A stretch of DNA of 64,000 bases, from assembly GCA_964016885.1 (NCBI GenBank), contig OZ024741.1:85126001-85190000 (forward strand), in the 5' to 3' direction. Positions 31,311-44,301 of the stretch are shown piece by piece. Each line of letters begins with the position of its first letter. The first letter of the stretch is position 1. Both the position numbers and the translations under genes were made by a program. The notes under the pieces were generated by a model. That model saw only the letters and a program-made list of their open reading frames with translations. It did no database searches and was not told the origin of the DNA. Source of the DNA: Eledone cirrhosa (taxonomy: Eukaryota).

Positions 31311-31422
31311 ATAAGTAAATTTTTTCATCAAACAAATGGCAACTCTGATCTAAATGCACCGCCAGGTATCACAAATTAGTGACAGTTTATTAAAATTGTC
31401 ATAATATTTTATTATATTACTG

Positions 31423-31835
31423 ACACACTGCATAGCTATGTGGCCCAACAATGAGACACTGTATAGCTATGTGGCCCAACAATGAGACACTGTATAGCTA
31501 TGTGGCCCAACAATGAGACACTGTATAGCTATGTGGCTCGCCGAAGAGACACTGCATAGCTATGTGGCCTGCCAATGAGACTCTGCATAGCTATGTGGCC
31601 CACCGATGAGACACTGCATAGCTATTTGGCCTGCCAATGAGACTCTGCATAGCTATGTAGCCCAACAATGAGACTCTGCATAGCTATGTGGCCCAACAAT
31701 GAGACACTGCAGAGCTATGTGGCTCGCCGACGAGACACTGCATAGCTATGTGGTCTGCCAATGATACACTGCATAACTATGTGGCTCAACAATGTGACAC
31801 TGCATAGCAATGTGGCTCGACGACGAACCACTGTA
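31423..31835. repeat. 31-bp minisatellite, ~13 copies
   Basis: Consensus gagacactgcatagctatgtggcccaacaat. Confidence 0.95.
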
Positions 31836-33321
31836 GCCCGCACACCCCAAAAGGTTGCCGATCCCTAACGTAGAGGTTACTTTGCGTATGCTTATCGATA
31901 TATGTCTGTGTATGTGTGAGTGTGTGTGTTTATGTATGACTATGTTTGAATATATATTTGCCTGTGCGTATGTATGTATCTACGTTTCTCAGTATGTTTG
32001 TGTATGCATGTGTGTTGATGTGTGTATATGTTTGTACACATGTATGTGCATATGACTATGTTTCTGAGTTTGTTATGTATTATGTATCTGTGATTGTATT
32101 TCTGTATGATCGTGTATAAATATATCTCTGTGTGTGGTTGTGTGTATCTATGTTTATACCTATGTGTCTGTATGGTTGAGTGTTAGTGTGTGTATATGCT
32201 TATATATGTATGTATGTGTATGAGCATATGACTATATTTCTAAGTTGGTTATGTGCGTGTGTGTGTATTTGTATGTGATCGTATGTGAATATATCTTTGC
32301 GTGTGCGCGTGTTAGTGTGACGGGGGGAGGGGGTGCATCTATCTACGTTTCTACATATGTGCGTGGGTTGATGAATATATCTGTGTTCATGTGTATGTGC
32401 GTATGACTAAGTATGGGTGTGAAAAAAAGGGTGCGAGTGTGTATCTAATGCATAGTGCGTTTGAAAGATCGTATTTTTGTGCTTGAAGGTATGTGAGTTG
32501 TTTTACGCGTGAGTGTGTATGAGTGTGTGTGTGTGTGTGGATGTGTGTGTGTTTGTGTATGTATGTGTTTGTGTGTGTGTGTATGTTTGTGTGTATGTTT
32601 GTGTTTGTGTGTGAGTGTGTTTGCATGTATATATTTATGTGCGCATGTTTGTGTGTGTGTGTATATATGTGTGTGTGTGTGTATTTGTGTGTGTATGTGT
32701 GTATGTGTGTGTATGGGTGTATGTGTGTGTGTATGTGTGTGTGTATGTGTGTGTGTGTGTATGGGTGTTTGTGTGTGTGGTGTTTTTATTTGTGTATGTG
32801 TGTGTATGTGTGTATGTGAGTGTCTATGTGTGTGTGTATGTGTGTGTATGTGTGTATGGGTGTGTGTATGTGTGTATGTGTGTGTGTGTGTGTACGTCAT
32901 AGAGGATTCTACTGAACAAATTTTCAAACAAATATAAAGGTTTCAGAATTAATTCTTTTGTAGTAAGAAAGGTGTTATTGTTGTAATTACTGTTTTATCA
33001 TGCAGCTGCAATTCTTGTTGTTCTTCATATTATTGCAATACTATTGCTGTTGTTATTGTTGTTGTTGCTGCCATTGTCTATAGTTTTAAAATATTTTATC
33101 ATCTTCCTCATTAGAAAAAAATTATCTTCCTTTTCAAACAATACTTTTAGGCCATTGGACGTCGCTGTGGTGGATTAGAAAATATACACATCGTTGGGGT
33201 GGATTAGAAAATATACACAGACAGCGATGCAGACATCAAACACACACACACACACACACAGAATACACACAACACACAGACACATGTATGTATGTATATA
33301 TATATATATATACAGACATAC

Positions 33322-33370
<49 letters not shown>

Positions 33371-33380
33371 GTTATATATA

Positions 33381-33427
<47 letters not shown>

Positions 33428-33503
33428 ATATATATATATTTATATATATATACGTTTATATATGTGTGTGTGTATATATATATACGTATATGTATATATA
33501 TAT

Positions 33504-33563
<60 letters not shown>

Positions 33564-33863
33564 GAAACACAACCCGTGAAGTGATTGTATGTTATAGACA
33601 CTTGATAGATAGATAGATAGATATACAAACAAACAGACAGACTGACAGACTGACTGACTGACTGCCTAAGAGACACACGGACAAACAAGCACACTGTCAG
33701 ACAAACAGATAACAGGCAGACATACATATAGATTATTTTCTTTCTATTTGGTTATATCTTTACATATATCGTGGTGAACACCATCTGTATGCTTCAGGTT
33801 TCCTTTCATTGTATTTAAAGACAGAGAAAGAGCAACAGAAGAACAAAAACAATAGCAACCTCA

Positions 33864-34055
33864 ATAATTGTTTCTACTTTTGGCACAAGGCCAACAATTA
33901 ATCAGTGTATTACTGGTACTTTATTTTATCGACCCCGTAAGGATGAAAGGCAAAGTTAACCTTGGGGGGATTTGAACTCAGAATGGCAAGGGCAGTAACT
34001 CTATGCGTCAAAGCATGGCGTCCGACCCTCTACCGATACTGCCAATCCCCCACCA
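33864..34055 (-). mobile_element. tRNA-derived SINE, family 1
   Basis: Reverse complement of the 10507-10700 family. Confidence 0.85.
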
Positions 34056-34227
34056 ATAGCAACCTCAATAATGACAGCATAAATATATCAACAATATCAC
34101 CAAAGAAACAAACAAAAGATGCCATCGAAAGCCATATCTACAAACAAACGAACAAAAAGAAAAACGAACTAATAATAAAATAAGTGAAAATATACACACA
34201 CGCACACACACATAGAAATATATATAC

Positions 34228-34316
<89 letters not shown>

Positions 34317-34425
34317 ACCCATGTGCAACCACGCACTATTCATTCTTCTCATGTTTTTTTATATATATATATATATATATATTCATTTATTCATATGTAT
34401 CTCTATAGAGAGAGATATGAATACA

Positions 34426-34616
<191 letters not shown>

Positions 34617-34650
34617 TTATACATATATACATATTTATACATATGTATGC

Positions 34651-34692
<42 letters not shown>

Positions 34693-34730
34693 TATATATA
34701 TATACATATATATATGTGTGTGTGTGTGTA

Positions 34731-34763
<33 letters not shown>

Positions 34764-34795
34764 TGATATATATATATGTATATATATATATATCA

Positions 34796-34864
<69 letters not shown>

Positions 34865-35387
34865 GGGTATGTGTGTATGCAAATAAATTAATTAATGAAA
34901 GCATAGTTTGCCTTGCCAAAAATATTTTCCATTGATAAATAATGTGGAGCCTATGCCAATGAGAGATAAAAAGAAGTTGTGAATATATGCATAAGTACAC
35001 GGCTACATGTGTACATAGGTGTTTGGAAGCATACGTTTGTTTGTATGTATGCAATGTATGTATAGACACACGCAGACACACACACACATACACACATACG
35101 CACACACACACACATACACACACTTACACACGCGCACACTCACACACACACACGCACACATATATATATATTATTTCAGCTATATTCTACATCTTACTGG
35201 ACATATATCGATGCTGTAGTAAGTTTTCTCTGTAATTTTCCTCATAGAAGTAGTTATCTGATGAGGAGACAATAATCTCCAAAATCCATGTAAACGTTTA
35301 TGCTTTCCTTTATACTTGGGCATATTTGGATATGTTTATACCTCTCATTCAAAAGCTGAAGTTATATCTAAATTAAATTTACTTTAA

Positions 35388-35539
<152 letters not shown>

Positions 35540-35799
35540 CATTTAAGTTATTTCGATCACCTAAGTGTAGAAGCGGTGGTTCTGGTAGGCAAATCATGAT
35601 GCACAGAATTAATAAAGCACCCAACGTTATGCACGTCATCCATTGTAGATGTGGTATCCAGTGGCTGGCGCAGGAACGGAGTAAAGTATTTAAAACGACA
35701 ACAGAAGGTCGTACTGGAAGATATATTGTAAATTTTATTTCCGTGAAATCACTATACATATTTCAGTGGCCCAGCTCCGTTCTCCATTTATGATGCAAG

Positions 35800-36538
35800 A
35801 CAGGATGCCCTCCTCAGGTAAATTCGACAGAATTACAAAACGGGGTTACCCAAACTTATCATGGAAGATATAGGAAAATGAATAATGAAAATGAAAAATG
35901 AAAATTTGACTTGGGGACTTTCTGTAAAAGACCTGTTATTGAGTGTGAAGGCAGGCTCTGCGGAATAAACTTCGAGAATATCACCCATATTATGAGTAGC
36001 TGTCCAAAGATGTTATCACGATACTATCTACTTATAAGGCATGATGTAGTGGCCAAAACACTATACAATGAAATCCGTAGATAGGAAAACGCTGGGAATA
36101 GACATAAAACGTTATAGTAATATGGGGGACATATGCATACACAATATGAAAGAGTTCTGGGGAAATGTTCTAGTCAAAACCTCAATAAGATGCAAACATA
36201 ACAGATTAGACTTAGTGATATAGGACAGAAAAGAAGTCATGCACAGTAATGAAAATCAACTGCCCAGCAGATGTCAATAGAATGTTAAATATTAACAAAA
36301 AGAATATTCACGCCGAAATAGTGAAGAATTTGCAGATACTCCACGGTGACAATACCTTTAGATAGATTTATACCTGCGATCATTAAGGCTCTGAGATATG
36401 TTACTAACTGTTTCCGTACAAATCTTGAGACGGTGGGCTTCACAGAACCAGAAAGAGCAGTTAGTAAGGAAGTCGCAAGCACAGTCTATTGATGGAACTG
36501 TAAAAATATGTAAAACATTTCAGAAATTCAGCATTTAA
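35800..36538 (+). pseudogene. R4/Dong-like non-LTR retrotransposon 3' relic (CCHC knuckle + restriction-like endonuclease)
   Basis: Manual translation: 35941 ECEGRLCGINFENITHIMSSCPKMLSRYYLLIRHDVVAKTLY; ~36150 EFWGNVLVKTSIRCKHNRLDLVI*DRK..CTVMKINCPADVN; end GTVKICKTFQKFSI*. Confidence 0.78.
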
Positions 36539-36720
36539 TAACTGCATATAGACACAGAAACATAAGCACGTGTACACATGTAACTCATAACATACATGCT
36601 ACACATGCAATAACATATATACCTGCGCACACGTACACACAAATATATACAGACATACATACGTATTTACCTAGTTGAGTCTAAATTCAAATGAAAGGGT
36701 GTGAGAAACCGTCTCCCTCA

Positions 36721-36783
<63 letters not shown>

Positions 36784-36784
36784 T

Positions 36785-37120
36785 ATATATTGTTATACTT
36801 GGGGACGGTCATATTGTTGTAATAATATTGCCAGAAACAATAACAGAACACACTCACTGCTTGGTTGGTTTTCGCTTCTGTATCTTTTATATCTCCACAG
36901 TTAATTCATTTGGTCCTCAATGTTTATCATTGACTGACCAATGGTCAAAAATACAGATATAAACACATATATAGTCTAACAAAGTTCTTTCGTTGAACAT
37001 CTGAAACATCATCAGTGGTACTATTATGTTCCTCCTGCTGTACTGTAGACATACAATACAACAGGAGGAACATAATAGTACCACTGATGATGTTTCAGAT
37101 GTGCAACGAAAGAACTTTGC
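36785..37120 (-). mobile_element. PLE pLTR fragment ending in a fold-back with a partial HHR core
   Basis: Homologous to 21550-21810. IR arms 36980-37043 and 37057-37119 carry acca-CTGATGA-tgtt..aac-GAAA. Confidence 0.7.
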
Positions 37121-37373
37121 GGAAAAATATTTTACCTTCTCCAATAAAATATATTATGTATTTTGCGAAATCCAGAGACTTTCAATAATGACCTTTGGTC
37201 TTTCACACTCACTTAATACATATATATGTGTGTGTGTGTGTGTGCGCGCGCGCGTGTGCGTGTGTTTCTCTAAACACCGCCTTTACCACTAATTGATTTG
37301 ACAGATGTCTTTAACCCATTGATACCAAATATTATTTGGTCAGTTATTCGTGTGTAAGTATATATATATATAC

Positions 37374-37409
<36 letters not shown>

Positions 37410-37607
37410 ACACTTACTGCACGTCGTCACTGCATTATCGGTCACAGCTCTGTGCGCCTTGTTGGGTATGTGCAGTGTTCTTTTTGGTGGTTTTGTTTCT
37501 ATTGTATTGAGAGTACTCTTCGAAATAGATGTGCAATGCCTAGTAGCGCTATCTTTTGAATGGTGTATATATATACATATATATATATATATATTTATGT
37601 ATGCATG

Positions 37608-37640
<33 letters not shown>

Positions 37641-37667
37641 TTATGTATGTATGTATATATATATATT

Positions 37668-37734
<67 letters not shown>

Positions 37735-38262
37735 CGTGAGGTAAAGTCCAAGTTCGGGCAGGGGAAATTTGGCGATGAGGAAGTGAAATGGCAGTGTGTC
37801 GTGCGCGACCGGAAGTGGTCAAGCCGAAAAAAAGGGGGTGGGGTGCAAGACAGAACTTGGTGAGCGTGAGTGATAGTGCTACTATGTGTGCCTGAGAATT
37901 AGCTGTGTAGACGGGCAGGAGTGTATGAGCGGAGGTGGCTGAGAATGGCATGTGTGTATGGCGTTATGTGTATGTGTATGTAGAAAGCGTTGTGGACATG
38001 CAAGGAGGTATTGTCAGTGTGTGTGGGAGGATTCTGTTGATTGCTCTTTTTGATGTGTACAGAATGTGAGTGTATGCAGGTGTGTATATGTGTGTGTGTC
38101 TGTGTGTTTAGGGTGTAGGTGCGTGTGTCTGTGTGTTTGTGGTGTAAGGGTGATAGGGGACGTGGGTGCTTTTATTTATTTTAATTTTACCCTATTTTCG
38201 TGTTCGTCTTGTTACTTTCCGCCTTACTACCCGCCTTACTCACTCTCGGAGTTAGGCTCTAC

Positions 38263-38298
38263 TTTCCTGATGAAGGACTTATGTCCAAAACGTCGAGA
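38263..38298 (+). ncRNA. Minimal PLE-type hammerhead (G12A mutated)
   Basis: tttc-CTGATGA-a ggac ttat gtcc-AAAA-cg-TC-gaga. Related motifs at 38920 and 50341. Confidence 0.65.
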
Positions 38299-38376
38299 CC
38301 TCCCCCACTTTTACCAAGCGTGAAGCTAATACAACTATGTACTAGTCACTCCTGCGTTTTTTTTTTTGTCCGTTTG

Positions 38377-38419
<43 letters not shown>

Positions 38420-39047
38420 GTTTTCCCCAACGCCACCTACATCCACAATACGTATAAACACCACATACACGTGCGTACCCCCACATATTTACACACTCAG
38501 CCTCCGGAATCCTCTCCTTACCCCACCCCTCTGACCCCTCGCCATCCACACACGCACACACACACCGACCTACACCCCACCCCACACACACCTTTTCCTG
38601 AACATGGAACCCCGTTCCTCCCCCAACTCTCACATTCACATACACACACACACACACACGTACACCTACACACACAAACCACCTTCAGCCCTCCCCGCTC
38701 GGACACCACACCTCCATCTCCCCAATCCACCCGCCACCAACCCTACACGCCCCACTTGTACCACTTGTTTATCTTCATGTTTATTTTTATTTTTATTATG
38801 TTTTTTTATTTATTTTCATTTGTACCCCTTCCACCGTTTCCTGTCAGTCCCTTTTTTCTAAATGTCTCTCCCTCATCCCCCTACACACCCTTGGAACTCT
38901 CTTCCCACACACTTTTCGCCTGAAGAAGGGCTTGTGCCCGAAATGTCTTCCCCCCCCCCCCCACACACACACACACACACTCTCAGAAGCGTGAAACTAA
39001 TAAACCTTTGTTCGTACTGCCTCTCTGTTTTGTTCCCGTTCCATTTT

Positions 39048-39122
<75 letters not shown>

Positions 39123-39157
39123 ATATATGTATATATATATATGTATATATATATATG

Positions 39158-39269
<112 letters not shown>

Positions 39270-39282
39270 GCTTTTATATATG

Positions 39283-39496
39283 AAGCTTTATATCTGGGGA
39301 TCTCCCTGCACTTGTCGTCACATGGTACCATGGGCCCAGCACTATGTGTCAATAATTGTCACAGGTGTAGTGTTTGTACCAGAGTTTTCAAATCTGTGGC
39401 TGGACTAAAAAGTCACACTCGTTCGGCGCATCGGTAGGGGTTCTCCTACATTGATATAAAGTAGTGGCCGTACTCGAAAACGAGTTGGCAGCCACC
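39283..39496 (+). mobile_element. RTE-derived retroposon family B, 3' fragment
   Basis: C2H2 remnant plus family B tail. Confidence 0.8.
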
Positions 39497-39554
39497 ATAT
39501 ATATATATATATATATACATATACATACATATGTGTGTGTGAGTGTTTGTGTAT

Positions 39555-39773
39555 GCAGGCGTATGGCTGAGTGTTAGAGAATTGGATTCGCAATCGCGAG
39601 GTTCTGACTTCGATTCCCGAACAGGGTGATGCATTCTATCCTTGAGCAAGGTACTTTATTTCACTTTGCTCCTTCTACCTGGATTTGCGACCGATAGATA
39701 GTATTAGCAATTAGAAAAACCAATGGAAACATTGTTTTCTCAGCCCGATTTGAAGAAAATCAATTGACTGTCG
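39555..39773 (+). mobile_element. tRNA-derived SINE, family 2
   Basis: tggctgagtgttagag..ttcgattcc..tccttgagcaag. Confidence 0.8.
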
Positions 39774-40024
39774 ATATATATATATATATATATGGACAGT
39801 CAATTGATTGTGGTAGTAGGCTTCTGTCATCTTACCATTCCACTCCTTCCGATTAGCCTCAGTGTCACGTGATTGATTCTTTAGAATCTGCCATTTGACC
39901 AGAGACAGCGAGCTTTTCAGTGCATGGAATCCAGTCCCCGCTAGCTGTTCCATCTACCGAATTATTATTATTTTTATATGAGTCCCAGTGTCCGCGCATT
40001 GCCTGGAGACTTAGCTGAGAATAG

Positions 40025-40106
40025 ACTCCCTGATGACGTAATGAATTCTCGACGGTTATATTACGTAACTGTCTTTATCCCATTACAGAAACTAATTAGT
40101 TGGAGT
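40025..40106 (+). ncRNA. Type I hammerhead ribozyme with extended stem II
   Basis: actcc-CTGATGA-c gtaatg..gacggtta tattacg taactgtc..cattac a-GAAA-ctaattag-TT-ggagt. Confidence 0.85.
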
Positions 40107-40572
40107 GAAAATTTTAGTAAGTTAATTTTTTAAATTTTTTTAAAATTTTCTTATTTTACGTCTTTCATATTATTGTTCTGCATCCTCCTGCATTGAACCA
40201 CCTAGGTACTATGACATAACTTATGTATTTGCTAGCATTAGTGTACATCTGTACGCATATGTTAGTAGATATACTAAATTCTCTATATTTATCTCCAAAT
40301 TATTTATTTGTTGAGCAAACCTGCCAAAACCACTACTAATTCACTGGTGTGGTAGTAGGCTTCTGTCATCTTACCATCCCACTCCTTCCGACTAGCCTCA
40401 GTGTCACGTGATTGATTCTTTAGAATCTGCCATTTGACCAGAGACAGCGAGCTTTTCAGTGCATGGAATCCAGTCCCCGCTAGCTGTTCCATCTACACAA
40501 TTATTATTATTTTTATATGAGTCCCCAGTGTCCGCGTGTCCGCGCATTGCCTGGAGACTTAGCTGAGAATAG

Positions 40573-40654
40573 ACTCCCTGATGACGTAATGAATTCTCGA
40601 CGGTTATATTACGTAACTGTCTTTATCCCATTACAGAAACTGATTAGTTGGAGT
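40573..40654 (+). ncRNA. Type I hammerhead ribozyme (second copy)
   Basis: As 40025, with stem III ctgattag. Confidence 0.83.
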
Positions 40655-40713
40655 GAAATTTTAGTAAGTAAGTTAATTTTTTTAATTTTTTTAAAATTTT
40701 CTTATTTTACGTC

Positions 40714-40764
<51 letters not shown>

Positions 40765-40768
<4 letters not shown>

Positions 40769-41120
40769 TATGTATACGTTCATACATATATGTATACAGA
40801 CGTACAGTAGTATGTATATACATACATACCTGCACACATCATATATGTATATGTACGTATGGGTTTACCGAACATTTATAATATTCGGTTTGTTTGTAAA
40901 CAAAGAACCAGAATTAAGCCGTACAGTGTTACAAACAAACCGAACATTATAATAAATGTTCGGTAAACCCATACGTACATATATATATATGTGTGCATGT
41001 ATGTATGTATATACATACTACTGTACGTCTGTATACATATATGTATGTACGTATACATACTTATATTCGAGTATCATCCGTACTAAGAGAGTGAGAAATA
41101 AAATTTCATTTTTTCCATTT
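40765..41120. repeat. Inverted fragments of the array sister family
   Basis: Unit fragment flips orientation at ~40930. Confidence 0.8.
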
Positions 41121-41237
41121 ATATATATATATATATATATATATACAAATATATATATGCAAATATATATATATATGAATATATATATATATATATATGC
41201 ATATATATATATATATGAATATATATATATATATATA

Positions 41238-41284
<47 letters not shown>

Positions 41285-41522
41285 ATAATAATAAAATTGA
41301 AGACTAAAATCCAAAGAGGGCTCGATAAGGAAAATATATATCAAATATATAAGAACCGTAGAGCAAATATTTATTAAAATAACAGATTAATGACGTATTA
41401 TTCGTTTTTTCCCGTTCTTTGCCAGCGAACGTTACCACGAACCAAAGTATCGTCTTCCTGTCTTCCTCCGGTTGCAACGTTTTTTGAAATATCCAGTTCT
41501 GCGTTTACAGATTGACTTTGTT

Positions 41523-41573
41523 AGTTTCAGAAGTTCCCGTTAAGGGTGAAAGCAGCGATTCTTTGCTTAAACT
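41523..41573 (+). ncRNA. Hammerhead motif, U4A variant with A9U decay
   Basis: agttt-CAGAAGT-tcccgttaagggt-GAAA-gcagcgattctttgc-TT-aaact. Confidence 0.5.
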
Positions 41574-41576
41574 TTA

Positions 41577-41695
<119 letters not shown>

Positions 41696-41696
41696 C

Positions 41697-41803
<107 letters not shown>

Positions 41804-41832
41804 CATATATATATATATATATATATAAATAC

Positions 41833-41865
<33 letters not shown>

Positions 41866-41866
41866 A

Positions 41867-41904
<38 letters not shown>

Positions 41905-41968
41905 AAACAGAACTTAAAACGATAAGTTCTTGTGTTTGGATATGTCACTATCTGTAAAACAACTTCTG

Positions 41969-42029
41969 TATTTTATCTGATGAGTGCGTGCCAAAATGTT
42001 GGTGCCCTTGAAATTTATATAATAAAATA
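41969..42029 (+). ncRNA. Type I hammerhead ribozyme
   Basis: tattttat-CTGATGA-gtgcgtgccaa aatg ttggtgccctt-GAAA-tttata-TA-ataaaata; 8-bp stem I. Homologue at 51231. Confidence 0.72.
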
Positions 42030-42030
42030 A

Positions 42031-42071
<41 letters not shown>

Positions 42072-42224
42072 ATAAAATAAATATATATATATATATATAA
42101 CGAAGGAAATGTGGTAAGGAACCAGGTGGACCATAACGCACCAAAGTACTCAATACTTAGGGTAGTAGAGTCCAGAATTAGCCGTCGAAACCGCTTGAGC
42201 TCAGCCGTCGGGGTCTTAATCGTT

Positions 42225-42337
<113 letters not shown>

Positions 42338-44014
42338 GTGAGTGTGAAAGTATGTATGCAAAGATATTTTAGTTTCTTAAAGGTTTAATAAATAGTAATT
42401 GAGTTTCTCCAGAGAAAGAAATAAAATGGAAAAGCGTATCTATAGAAGAGAAACTTATTTTTTATATGAAGTAGTTATACATACATACATGCATACATAC
42501 ATGTATACATACATATTTGAATTGTTTTCTATAAATTGGAATTCACAGTCGTCATGTTTACCGTTTTTATTGGTATTACGTTTCATTCTATATTTTTGAT
42601 ATGTATTGTGTTTTTTTTTTGGGGGGGGGGGGGGCTATTTTTTTATATGACATAGCGAGAACATTTTCATTCTCCTCTTAATAGTTCCGTTTTATGTTTC
42701 CATCTCTTTCCCTTTCTTCTGCTCTGTATTTTCTGTATGTCTCTTTCTTTTACTAGCTATCTCATAAAGTTAAGCATTACTTTCTTTCTTCTTTTCTTTT
42801 ACGTACGGAGTTTTATTAATGTTTGCGTATATTGTCAGGAATTTCATATTAACTGTATATTTTTTCTGTTAGACGTCCGGAAAATGTCTACGATACTTAT
42901 CGATAAAATATGCTTCTTCTTCTCTGCCACTTCTACGTGATCACATTCGCACGAAAGTTTGTTATATTTATGTTACATTTATTTGTAACCCAGCAACACT
43001 TTGAGAAATGATTTTCTTGTATAATCCCGAGACATCGATCTCGGAGTGCCCAATAAAAGAACTGCCAATGTCACTAGATCCTTAACATTAGCGTTTTATT
43101 TGTTTGTCATATATATTGAGACCTGCCATAATCTCCAAGCCTTAACCGGGACAGTTTTCAATTCTTCTAAGTATGATACTTGTTTAATAAATACATGATT
43201 TCGTAATTTTCCTCGTCTTAGTGCTGATGCAAAAGACAAACGCGGAGCATTTATATTCTAACAATTATTTGATTTCAACAAAACAAAGATCATCTGAAAT
43301 TTATTAATGTTTCAATGAGCAATTTGTTTACTATTCCTATTGTTTCACATGAATGAACTTTCTTCAAAATTTTTTATAAGTTTTCTTTTTGTTTTGTTTT
43401 GTTTGTTCGTAACGAACTTACTGCTGCTCAAGTGAATAGTGAGTTTTCAATGCAACTATCTTTTTACCGTTGATTAATTCGTTAGACATCTTTGAAAATA
43501 CTCTTTCAACAACTACAAAATTAATGTACGCCATAATCTACCTGTGATTAGGTACAGAAATATGTGACGATCAAAATTATTATAACTATTTGTAAAAATA
43601 TAACATGAAATATGAAACATGTTTTTAAAGATATAAACATCATATTTTATTACTTAAAAACGTATATAACATACTCTATAGGAAAAGTAAAATACAATAC
43701 TACGTGCTATGTTTAAACGTATAACGACATATATTGAATTCAAAAGTATAAAACAGTACATAATATATTTTAAAATACATTATACTACATCTTAAATATT
43801 TATATTAGTAATACTATTTTAAAATGAAAACAAATATAAATATTTACGATCAAACTGAATACATACGTATATATATCAAAAGATAAGAGAAATTCCAGAA
43901 ATAATACATACACACACAGACACACACAGAGACACAGATGGACATACACACAGACACACACACACACACACATATGTATGTATATATATATATGTGTGTG
44001 TATGTATATATATG

Positions 44015-44133
<119 letters not shown>

Positions 44134-44136
44134 TTG

Positions 44137-44282
44137 AAAAGAATGACTTCACTTGTAGTGTTAAAAAATTTTGATTTAATTTTATATTATAATATTATGA
44201 GTTGATAGAACCAACTCATAATATTATAATATTATAAAATTAAATCAATATTTTTTAACACTACAAGTGAAGTCATTCTTTT
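44137..44282. repeat. Fold-back inverted repeat (~70 bp arms)
   Basis: aaaagaatgacttcacttgtagtg...tgagttg atagaac caactca...cactacaagtgaagtcattctttt. Confidence 0.9.
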
Positions 44283-44301
44283 CCTTTTTTCAAATATAAT
44301 T

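Larger units (their letters stand above)
39809..40720 (+). repeat. Tandem 1.7-mer of a ~545 bp HHR-bearing unit
   Basis: 39809-40170 repeated at 40348-40720. Confidence 0.92.

Noticed and set aside
31423-31835. CRISPR-like appearance of the 31-bp repeat with a palindromic core
   Set aside because: Units are contiguous with no unique spacers, there are no cas genes, and the context is eukaryotic.
35252-35296. CTGATGA ggaga-caataa-tctcc AAAA HHR-like motif
   Set aside because: G12 is missing and stems I and III do not close convincingly; at best a decayed copy.
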